From positions 78,709 through 142,708 of the forward strand of contig JAKLIQ010000001.1 in NCBI GenBank assembly GCA_022709525.1: 64,000 nucleotides of DNA, read 5' to 3'. The notes under the pieces are model-generated. The model had not been told where the DNA came from. It saw only the letters and a list, made by a program, of their open reading frames with translations, and did no database searches. Made by a program: the position numbers and the translations under genes. Positions 30,236 through 37,997 of this stretch are shown in pieces. This DNA comes from Candidatus Omnitrophota bacterium. Its GTDB lineage: Bacteria > Omnitrophota > Omnitrophia > Omnitrophales > Aquincolibacteriaceae. Numbering within the stretch: position 1 is the stretch's first letter; the number at the start of each line of letters is the position of its first letter.

Positions 30236-30587
30236 AATACCCCTCATGGGACATTGAGTTAAGGAGGGGGCGTTCAACGTTTGCGCACATTTTTATACTT
30301 GAAATAAATTTTCACGAACATCGATCTGATCCATTTAACCTGTCCGAAAGATCCCAAATTCTCCGGAAACCGTTCCGCAAGAAAATCATCAATTTCCCAA
30401 ACAAGCCTCTCATGGGAGGTCGAGTTACGACATGGTCGTTCACACCAAACGAACATTTCTAAGCTTGAAATAAATTTTTCAGCGATTTTGTCCGCCTTTC
30501 TTTTACCTTGATAACCCCTCATGGGAGGTCAATTTACGACATGGGTGTGACGCTTTTGGGAAGGTTTTTAAGCTTGAAATAAAGTTT
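30236..30587 (+). repeat. Three imperfect direct repeats of 75-80 nt (30236-30311, 30405-30479, 30514-30587), iteron-like
   Basis: Each unit has the form cctcatgggaggtcRaKttacgacatgg...cttgaaataaaKttt. Peptides encoded inside are not conserved between copies, so a DNA or RNA function is more likely. Confidence 0.6.
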
Positions 30588-31027
30588 ATCGCATAGCAAC
30601 TGCCACTCGGATAAAAGCTCCGGAGGGATTAAGGTCTTGATAGGTAAGAACCCAAAGAAGGAATCTTAAAGGTCGTCTTTTGTTTATGCCCGGTCCACCA
30701 GAGGACGGATCTGTCTAACGCGATGTGGCAGATAAGAACCGGGGAAAGTTAAGAGCATGGGGACATTCAAAACGATATATTTCTTAAAAACAGAAGAAAG
30801 GATTATCCCTATCCAGCCCAGATTCATTTCAACAGCTTGCCCGAAGCCCGTCACAATGCAGCCGACCACTCCATCTCGCTCCAACAGATTATGAGAGGGA
30901 GTGGTCGGGTGCACGCAACAAGGGCGAAGGGCAAGCGCTGATTGAACTTAAGTAGGGCTGGACTGGTGGAATCCATTCCCTCACTTCATTCCACCGACCT
31001 GACCCGATCGAAATCGGTCAAAAATGT

Positions 31028-31072
31028 GAATGGTATACTCGACTTTACAAATGGTATATCGAATGGTATACT
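31028..31072 (+). promoter_or_regulatory. Three tandem (G/A)AATGGTATA(C/T) boxes upstream of fic
   Basis: gaatggtatac, aaatggtatatc and gaatggtatact lie 40-85 nt upstream of the fic ATG. Three similar boxes lie at 32138-32181. Confidence 0.5.
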
Positions 31073-31113
31073 GATGTTGAAGCTAGACCGTTAACCGAAA
31101 CAGAGGTGCAACC

Positions 31114-32151
31114 ATGAATTCCTTCAAGAATGATAATCTCGAAATGCCTTTAAGCTCGGTTTGGCTGCTGAGCGGGATCTCGGAGTACAAAGGCAAGCAG
31201 GAACTTTACACAAAGCAGGCACCGCAGGTCCTTAAAACCCTTATTGAAATGGCGCTAATCGAAAGCGCGGAATCTTCCAACCGCATCGAAGGCGTCACAG
31301 TTGACCGGGAACGTCTTAAACCGCTCGTTATCGGTCATAGCAAGCCCCGGGACCGCTCTGAAGAGGAAGTGGCCGGATACCGCAAGGCCCTCGACCTGAT
31401 TCATAAAAAATACGACACCTTGCAGATCACTCCGGATCTTATCAAGGAACTGCATCGTTTATGCCGGGGTGAATCATGGGATGCCGGGAAGTGGAAGGAG
31501 AAGGATAACGACATTATCAAAAAATACCCCGATGGCCGCGTGGAAGTGATCTATAAGCCCGTTAGCGCGGCGAAAACACCGGAGGCCATGGAGCAACTGT
31601 GCCTTAGCTACAGACATAGCATCGATCAGCTGAGATACCCTTCGCTTTACGCCATCGCCTGCCTTGTTCTTGATTTCCTCTGCGTCCATCCTTTCCGGGA
31701 CGGGAACGGCAGGGTTTCCAGGCTTCTGACATTACTGGCGCTTTATCAACACGGGTTTATGGTGGGAAAATATATCAGCATCGAGCGCATTGTGGAGCAG
31801 TCCAAGGAAACGTATTACGAGACGCTCAACAAAAGCTCACAGCAGTGGCATGAGGCCAAACATGATGTCCTTCCGTGGTTTAATTATTTCCTGGGGACCA
31901 TTACCGCTGCCTACAAGGAATTCGAAGAACGCGCCAGCCATGCAAGCCCGGAACGGGGCGCCAAGACCGGCATTGTCGAGGCCGCGGTTGATCGGCAGCT
32001 TGGAGAATTCAGTATTTCCAATATTGAGCAAGAGTGTCCGAATGTCAGCCGGGTCATGATCAAAAAAGTTCTCAGCCAGATGAGCAACGCCAAAAAGATC
32101 AAATGCCTCGGCAAGGGCAAGTCAGCCAAGTGGTTGCGAATGGTATCCTAA
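31114..32151 (+). CDS. fic: Fic family protein (class II, with an internal inhibitory SxxxEG helix and a C-terminal winged-helix)
   Basis: Fic motif HPFRDGNGRVSR; inhibitory motif SAESSNRIEGV near the N-terminus. Confidence 0.9.
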   Translation: MNSFKNDNLEMPLSSVWLLSGISEYKGKQELYTKQAPQVLKTLIEMALIESAESSNRIEGVTVDRERLKPLVIGHSKPRDRSEEEVAGYRKALDLIHKKYDTLQITPDLIKELHRLCRGESWDAGKWKEKDNDIIKKYPDGRVEVIYKPVSAAKTPEAMEQLCLSYRHSIDQLRYPSLYAIACLVLDFLCVHPFRDGNGRVSRLLTLLALYQHGFMVGKYISIERIVEQSKETYYETLNKSSQQWHEAKHDVLPWFNYFLGTITAAYKEFEERASHASPERGAKTGIVEAAVDRQLGEFSISNIEQECPNVSRVMIKKVLSQMSNAKKIKCLGKGKSAKWLRMVS

Positions 32152-32181
32152 GTCTCGCGATGGTATATCAAATGGGATATT
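32138..32181 (+). promoter_or_regulatory. Second set of three ATGGTATA-like boxes, overlapping the fic stop and preceding nuc
   Basis: gaatggtatcc, gatggtatatc and aaatgggatatt lie immediately upstream of the ATG at 32187. Confidence 0.45.
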
Positions 32182-32186
32182 AACGA

Positions 32187-32723
32187 GTGCACATGCGAAA
32201 AAACATCTGCTGTATAGTTGTTCTGATCATTATTTTTCTCTCCATCCCCGCATCGTTGCAAGCCAAACAAACGGCCACCGATGAGCAGGTTTATTTTTCC
32301 CCTAAAGGTGGATGCACAGAGGCCATTGTCAAGAATCTGGATCAGGCCGAAAGATATGTGCTTGTTCAGGCATATTCCTTCACGTCGAAGCCCATTGCCG
32401 AAGCTCTCGTCGACGCGCACAAGCGCGGCGTGAAAGTAAAAGTGCTTTTGGACAAGAGTCAGCGGAATGGCAAAGGGAGCAAGCTCTCCCTATTGGCTGA
32501 GGCCGGGATACCTGTCAGCATTGACACCAAACACTCGATTGCTCACAATAAGGTTATGATTATCGACGGCGTTACTGTAATCACGGGTTCTTTCAATTTT
32601 ACCAGCGCCGCCGAAGACAAAAACGCCGAAAATCTTTTAGTCGTTAGAGATAAGGTTATCGCGAGGAAATACCGCAATAACTGGAACAAACATCAGAAGC
32701 ATTCCGAGCTGTATCAGATATAA
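32187..32723 (+). CDS. nuc: Secreted phospholipase-D superfamily endonuclease (Nuc-like)
   Basis: Signal peptide; HxK(x4)D motif IAHNKVMIIDG; size and organization like plasmid Nuc. Confidence 0.8.
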   Translation: MHMRKNICCIVVLIIIFLSIPASLQAKQTATDEQVYFSPKGGCTEAIVKNLDQAERYVLVQAYSFTSKPIAEALVDAHKRGVKVKVLLDKSQRNGKGSKLSLLAEAGIPVSIDTKHSIAHNKVMIIDGVTVITGSFNFTSAAEDKNAENLLVVRDKVIARKYRNNWNKHQKHSELYQI

Positions 32724-32801
32724 AATATGCGGCGAGATAAAAACCGATGTATTCCTTGAATGACAGAGATAGAGGAATTGAAAATGAGGAGGAAATGCCA
32801 A

Positions 32802-33530
32802 ATGAAAAAAGCGATTTTAGCGTTGTGTGGGATAATGTTATTAATGCTCGAAACATTTACGCCCTGCTGTGTTGCCGAGGAAAGCAAAAGATATACGGAT
32901 GAATTTTTATTCGTCAATTCTTATCTTGAGTGCTTAGAAAATTATATATCTATTCAAACATATGATGGTCTTATGGTAACAGGAAAGGCCAATTATTCTT
33001 CCGAAGAAGTTGTCAACAGCGCTTTTATGAAACAATTAAAAAAAGAACAGGAATTCATTTCGGAAATGATTCGTGCAATGGGAAAATATTCCGATTCTCC
33101 GGTAGATAGCATCAAGAACGCCTCCAATACAATTTTGGAAAAATATCAGAAAATGCAAGCTCTGAACACCAAAGCGCAAGATGCATATTTTCATGTGAAG
33201 ACGGGGCAATTTAAGGCGGGCATTTTGACCGGCAGCGAACTTTTCGATGAAAAGCAAGCTATTGAAAGCGGCATGTTTTTTGAGGAAGAAAATTTAATGA
33301 GACAAATTTTGTTTCCCAAAGGTAGCTCTGTAATGAAAATAACTGCCGAAGAGAAAAAACAGCTTCAAGAAAAAATAAGAAGCTTAAAACAGATCAGCCT
33401 TGCCAAGGAGCATTCTATTGGCGAAGGAGAGTATTTAGTGGCCGAGGGAGGACAGTTTCTCAAATTTTTTTTACAGGCTTTCCAACGATTTATAGATATT
33501 AATTTTCCTTGTTTGAAAACAGTAGCGTGA
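32802..33530 (+). CDS. Secreted hypothetical protein, low GC
   Basis: Signal peptide MKKAILALCGIMLLMLETFTPCCVA. RBS gaggagg lies 9 nt upstream. The alternative start is 32784. Confidence 0.4.
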   Translation: MKKAILALCGIMLLMLETFTPCCVAEESKRYTDEFLFVNSYLECLENYISIQTYDGLMVTGKANYSSEEVVNSAFMKQLKKEQEFISEMIRAMGKYSDSPVDSIKNASNTILEKYQKMQALNTKAQDAYFHVKTGQFKAGILTGSELFDEKQAIESGMFFEEENLMRQILFPKGSSVMKITAEEKKQLQEKIRSLKQISLAKEHSIGEGEYLVAEGGQFLKFFLQAFQRFIDINFPCLKTVA

Positions 33531-33627
33531 AATAGCTGTGGTGTTTTAGTTCCGCTTATGCATCGCTTATTTTAAAACGAAACTCCAGAATTTTGAGCGA
33601 GGTAGGCCCAAAAGGAGATGCTATAAA

Positions 33628-34311
33628 ATGACTATGGAAGCGCACTGTTTCCAAAACGTTCAATGGATTAAATTTATCTTGCCGATCTTTGCGACATTTC
33701 TTGGCGCTTGGCTCGCTTTTTTCTTGCAAAATCGTAGGGATGCTAAAAAACAGGAAAAAACCAACTATGGAGTACTTTTAAAAACACAGGCGTTATTTTA
33801 TGAATATTTTGAAGCTATTTATTCGGTCAAAAAAGATTTTTTAGACCAGCATGCAAAAGACGCAGAGAGATCAACAAGGGTTAAGCATATTAGTCTTTGC
33901 CAAAAGTTCTCTGAGCTTGATTTCGAAGGCATATCCTTTATCCTTACAACAAAAAATCCGGACTTGTTTGGTGATATTGTATGCACCTATAGAAAGTGCG
34001 TTTCGGCTATAGAAGCCATTAATGAGCGCAATAAGCAATACGGAAAATACAGCGGAGGGATTGCCAAAAGTATCGATTTGGGAAGTGGCAAATCTCAGGT
34101 AGATTTAATATTTCTTAGAGATTTTACAGACATTATGTATAGGGAAACGGATCAGGTGCTACAACGCATTAAACAAATCGACGGTGAATTACAGCAATTC
34201 ATAAAAGAAAAATTTAAAGGGAAACATGCCCTGAAAGTTACTTTTGTCGAGACTGCGACGCAATGCGCCAAAGGAAATGCAGACGGAGGCGGTCATGAAA
34301 CCGTCGCTTAA
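33628..34311 (+). CDS. Membrane-anchored hypothetical protein (one N-terminal TM helix)
   Basis: RBS aaggag; TM segment FILPIFATFLGAWLAFFL; no recognizable domain. Confidence 0.4.
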   Translation: MTMEAHCFQNVQWIKFILPIFATFLGAWLAFFLQNRRDAKKQEKTNYGVLLKTQALFYEYFEAIYSVKKDFLDQHAKDAERSTRVKHISLCQKFSELDFEGISFILTTKNPDLFGDIVCTYRKCVSAIEAINERNKQYGKYSGGIAKSIDLGSGKSQVDLIFLRDFTDIMYRETDQVLQRIKQIDGELQQFIKEKFKGKHALKVTFVETATQCAKGNADGGGHETVA

Positions 34312-35161
34312 AAATAAGATATTAAACTATATCGCTATGGGGTTTATTTTTTCCCCATGTTTATTGCCCCCTTTTCTTTGGATTAGATTGCTTGCGGTTG
34401 ATATCGATGTTAAGTTGAAAATAATGTGCCTTGCCTTTTTCAGCGCCGTCGTTCCTCTTATGATTGTCATTCTCGGTTTTGCCTGGGTTTGTTTTTTTGC
34501 AGTTTGCCTGTTCTTTAAAAATGTTTTCGACGAAACATTTCGTAATAAGCATGATTCATATCGAGATAATGATAAATGGCTCAGTGAAACCTTCAGTGAT
34601 GTTCATAAGCTTTTTAATAAGTGGGATAAATCAGAGAGGTGGAAAAAAACCAACGCAACGCTTCTGTGTGTCTTTTTTTTATCGGGAGCAGGAATTTCTT
34701 GGATTGATTTCGACCATAGAATTAAAGTGAAAACCGATAATCTTTCAAACATTGTTTCCATGAACATCATTGGGGATATCGATTTGCCAGTTTCTAAGCA
34801 AGGCCTTGTAAAACAGCGTGGTCTCCCAAAATCTGTTGATGTCCGATACCGGGGCGATGGGAAGAAATACAAGTTTGAAACATTGAGTTATGACTGGGCG
34901 GCCGGGCAAATGGAGGTTGTTTTCGTCAATGACAACTATGCGGATGGAATTGTTCGATATAAGCCGACGGATTTAAGCGTAAAAGTTTTGTTGCGTGATG
35001 TGTCGCACGTAAAGCAAAAGCCTTTGAAGTCTTATACCATTAGCGTCGTGAATACTAACGGCAAAACTTTATTAATTCGTGTCCAAAAAAATCAAAAAAT
35101 AAGTTCGATCACATATTTTGGTTCTTCCGCAAAGAAAGGGGCGATAAGACTGCTCCGATAA
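34295..35161 (+). CDS. Polytopic membrane protein with a C-terminal beta-rich soluble domain, hypothetical
   Basis: It overlaps the upstream ORF by 17 nt. GGAGG lies 5 nt before the ATG. There are 4-5 predicted TM helices. Confidence 0.4.
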   Translation: MKPSLKNKILNYIAMGFIFSPCLLPPFLWIRLLAVDIDVKLKIMCLAFFSAVVPLMIVILGFAWVCFFAVCLFFKNVFDETFRNKHDSYRDNDKWLSETFSDVHKLFNKWDKSERWKKTNATLLCVFFLSGAGISWIDFDHRIKVKTDNLSNIVSMNIIGDIDLPVSKQGLVKQRGLPKSVDVRYRGDGKKYKFETLSYDWAAGQMEVVFVNDNYADGIVRYKPTDLSVKVLLRDVSHVKQKPLKSYTISVVNTNGKTLLIRVQKNQKISSITYFGSSAKKGAIRLLR

Positions 35162-35214
35162 GGGATCATTTTCGATATAACTATCAAAGAAGTTGTTTTT
35201 ATCTGGAGCAAGTT

Positions 35215-35691
35215 ATGGGTCATTGGGATCGCAAGAATGTTCCGCAAAAAGGATGGGAATGCATTGATTTCTATGATTTATGTGCCGATGCGAATGAAGT
35301 TTATGCAACATGTGAAATGTGTGGGCAAGAGCGAATACGATATGTTCATGTAATGCGGCATCCAGATTTTTATGACGACTTGTTGGTTGGCTGTGTATGT
35401 GCCGGAAAAATGTCAGATGACTATGTCAATCCTGAAAAACACGAAAAGATTCTGAGTAATCGATCAAAACGTCGAAAAAGTTGGCTGAGCCGAACTTGGC
35501 GAGTATCGGCAAAGGGTAATGATTTTCTTAATGTTAAGGGGCATAACGTAACCATTTTTCCAGCAAAGTATCGATTAGGCCATTGGTGTTTTAAGATAGA
35601 CGATGATTTTAATCAAAATACCTATGAAGACAAAAATCGCGCAAAATTGGCGGCATTTGACTTGCTGCAAAAATATAACGAAAAAATTTAG
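35215..35691 (+). CDS. Cys-rich (CxxC...CxC) zinc-finger-like hypothetical protein
   Basis: CEMCGQ...GCVCAGK cysteine cluster. It is the last gene of an apparent three-gene operon. Confidence 0.4.
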   Translation: MGHWDRKNVPQKGWECIDFYDLCADANEVYATCEMCGQERIRYVHVMRHPDFYDDLLVGCVCAGKMSDDYVNPEKHEKILSNRSKRRKSWLSRTWRVSAKGNDFLNVKGHNVTIFPAKYRLGHWCFKIDDDFNQNTYEDKNRAKLAAFDLLQKYNEKI

Positions 35692-35712
35692 TTAATCGAG
35701 ATGGTTAGGTCC

Positions 35713-35950
35713 ACGGTTTCAAACCGCAAATTCTCCTCGGCCCAATATTTCGCGAAATGTTCCCCACTTTTCCGGATTTCACGCTCGACGGCCCGATTAA
35801 GAACAGATATAATCACCCAGCTGTTTTAGGGAAAATTTCAAGGTGGGCTTAAGAGGTTCTTACGGGCTGCGGACGGGATTGCGGGGAAAGATCAACGGTT
35901 TCAAAAGCGAGAGCTTCCTCGGTCCAGTATTTGGCGAAATGTTCCCCCGC
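35713..35950 (-). pseudogene. Two diverged copies (35713-35768 and 35893-35950) of a decayed coding fragment. Minus-strand translations are ...EHFAKYWAEENLRFET... and ...EHFAKYWTEEALAFET...
   Basis: A 56-nt direct repeat whose differences are concentrated at codon third positions when read on the minus strand. Neither copy has a start codon or a long ORF. Confidence 0.4.
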
Positions 35951-35962
35951 TACCAATTGAGA

Positions 35963-36000
35963 AACCCGCCAGGGATTTATTCCTTGGCGGGTTTTTCTTT
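35963..36000 (+). terminator. Rho-independent terminator
   Basis: aaacccgccagg-gatttattc-cttggcgggttt followed by tttcttt. Confidence 0.6.
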
Positions 36001-36290
36001 ACGGCGGCTGTACCATCGGTAAAAAACTTGCCTAGTCGGCTTGCTTTTTGGGGGTTCATCAGGTAGCTTTCCGCCATGGTTTAATCCCGCTAGCTTTTCC
36101 TGGGGAAAATCCAGTTAAACCTTGCAAGAAAGTGCTCATGAAGAGGATCACGATCTTTCTGTTTCTGCTGGCAGTTACCTACGCCTTCGCGGCTCTGGCA
36201 TTTGCCCACTAAGAGCTAAAACAAGCGATCTTTTAAAAAGGACAGGTAATGGAAACTTGCCCATCCTTTTTTGCGCTTCGGGCCATTCCT

Positions 36291-36671
36291 CTATTCGAAA
36301 TTCTCTTTGGCAAAAGTTTGGACGGGTTTTGCGCTTCGGGCGTCCCAGTCCGCGAATGTTGTGACGGGTTCGATAAGCGGCTTGTAGTCTTTCGGAACGG
36401 GGAACGGGAATGTCAGCACTTCGAAGACCCCCACCAGCTCTCTTGTCACGAAAACCGAAAGCCCCTTGAAGATCCCTCCCAGTATCGCGACAGATTCATC
36501 GTTGTTTTTCTCCATCAAAATAGGCTGCGTGTAGAGCTCCCCGGGGGAGAGAACGATATTGGCAAGGCCCCGGCCGAGCTTTGTGAACGCATTGTCTTCG
36601 GCTCGGCATATCGCAGTCCCGCAAGCCAAGCAAAAAAAGATCGTCCCCAGAACCAAAAAAGTTTTTTTCAT
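36291..36671 (-). CDS. Small secreted protein; paralog of the ORF at 6939-7307
   Basis: Signal peptide MKKTFLVLGTIFFCLACGTAICRA. It shares the motifs KLGRGLANIVLSPGE...GVFEVLTFPFPVPKDYKP with the first copy. Confidence 0.55.
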   Translation of the reverse strand: MKKTFLVLGTIFFCLACGTAICRAEDNAFTKLGRGLANIVLSPGELYTQPILMEKNNDESVAILGGIFKGLSVFVTRELVGVFEVLTFPFPVPKDYKPLIEPVTTFADWDARSAKPVQTFAKENFE

Positions 36672-36837
36672 GCCTCACTCCTTTTAGGTAGATGAAAGAT
36701 ACAAATCCGGCTTTGCGGGATCGATCCCGCACGCTTATTGTATCGGCCAATCCCCTTGGAATTGAACGTCCTTTGGTATTTTCCGGAGGCGGTCAAACCG
36801 CTGGTTTTTTTGTTTCGGACAACCTAGAATAGCGGCC

Positions 36838-37872
36838 GTGAAGATCGAAAAAAATAAATCCCTCAAACTCCTGAACACCTTCGGTATTGACGTCATCGCA
36901 AAATATTTCGTTGAAGTGTGTTCTGTCGATGAGTTCAGAGAGCTTTGCCGCGATCCGGAATTCGTCCGTACAAGAAGGCTTATTCTGGGCGGAGGCAGCA
37001 ACGTCCTTTTGACTGGCGATTTTGACGGATGGGTCGTGAAAAATTCGATCCCCGGCATTTCGATCGCCGCCGAAACCGGAGGCGAAGTAACCGTCAAAGC
37101 CGGCGCGGGCGAGAACTGGCATGATCTTGTCATGTGGTCGATCGAGCGGGATTACGCGGGCCTTGAAAATCTTTCGCTTATTCCCGGTCTGACGGGCGCT
37201 GCGCCGATCCAGAATATCGGGGCTTATGGCGCCGAACAAAAAGATGTGTTCGACCAGCTTGAAGCGATCGAGATCGGTTCGGGTGATAAGGTGATTCTGA
37301 AAGCCGGGGATTGCGCTTTTGGGTATCGCGACAGCATTTTCAAACGTCAATGGAAGAACCGTTTTTTCATTACCTCAGTCTCATTCAAACTCGCGAAGCT
37401 CTCTTCTCCCAATGCTCACTATCGTTACCGGGCGGAATACGGCAATGTCCGCGCCATGCTCGATGAAATGAAAGTCCAGGATCTTTCCCTCAAAGCAATG
37501 AGCGAAGCGGTTTGCCGTATCCGGCGCGCCAAACTTCCGGACCCTAAAGAGCTCGGCAACGCCGGAAGTTTTTTTAAAAATCCCTCTATCCCCCAAGCTC
37601 AATTCGAGGCGCTTGCTTCAAAATATCCCGAGATGCCGCATTATCCGCAAGAGGACGGCAGGATCAAGGTCCCGGCCGGTTGGTTGATCGAACAATGCGG
37701 CTGGAAGGGCAAGAAGGTCGGCCGCGCGGGTTGCCACAAAACCCAGGCGCTTGTGCTTGTCAATTATGGCGGCGCAACGGGCCGGGAGGTCCTTGAATTC
37801 GCCGAGTCTATTCGCGGGTCCGTGACTGAAAAATTCGGCATCGAACTCTCTTCCGAAGTGAATATTATTTGA
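36838..37872 (+). CDS. murB: UDP-N-acetylenolpyruvoylglucosamine reductase
   Basis: FAD-binding domain ILGGGSNVLL and LIPGLTGAAPIQNIGAYG; C-terminal MurB domain. Confidence 0.85.
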   Translation: MKIEKNKSLKLLNTFGIDVIAKYFVEVCSVDEFRELCRDPEFVRTRRLILGGGSNVLLTGDFDGWVVKNSIPGISIAAETGGEVTVKAGAGENWHDLVMWSIERDYAGLENLSLIPGLTGAAPIQNIGAYGAEQKDVFDQLEAIEIGSGDKVILKAGDCAFGYRDSIFKRQWKNRFFITSVSFKLAKLSSPNAHYRYRAEYGNVRAMLDEMKVQDLSLKAMSEAVCRIRRAKLPDPKELGNAGSFFKNPSIPQAQFEALASKYPEMPHYPQEDGRIKVPAGWLIEQCGWKGKKVGRAGCHKTQALVLVNYGGATGREVLEFAESIRGSVTEKFGIELSSEVNII

Positions 37873-37997
37873 AAAAGCCGGTCTCAAGCGGCGGTTTCTA
37901 GCAAGAGGAAAATCTTGTTTTTGCCCCTGCGAGGGCATAGAATCCCCATGTTTGAAGTTATAGGTCGTTCAACCAGGGGAATAGGTCGCTTCCATCC

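Noticed and set aside
30214-30522. Overlapping 82-aa ORFs on both strands inside the 80-nt repeat region
   Set aside because: They are generated by the repeat structure. Their peptides are not conserved between repeat units and they have no RBS.
30236-30587. Possible CRISPR array
   Set aside because: The repeats are 75-80 nt, imperfect and irregularly spaced. There are only three, and no cas genes. This is not CRISPR-like.
36000-36100. Possible attR copy of the tRNA 3' end (ggtttaatcccgctagc)
   Set aside because: It matches only about 13 of 17 positions. That is too weak to call an island border without a comparative genome.
36138-36212. 24-codon hydrophobic ORF (MKRITIFLFLLAVTYAFAALAFAH)
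   Set aside because: It is too short and has no convincing RBS. It could be a signal-peptide remnant of a decayed gene or a type I toxin-like peptide, but the sequence alone does not support a call.
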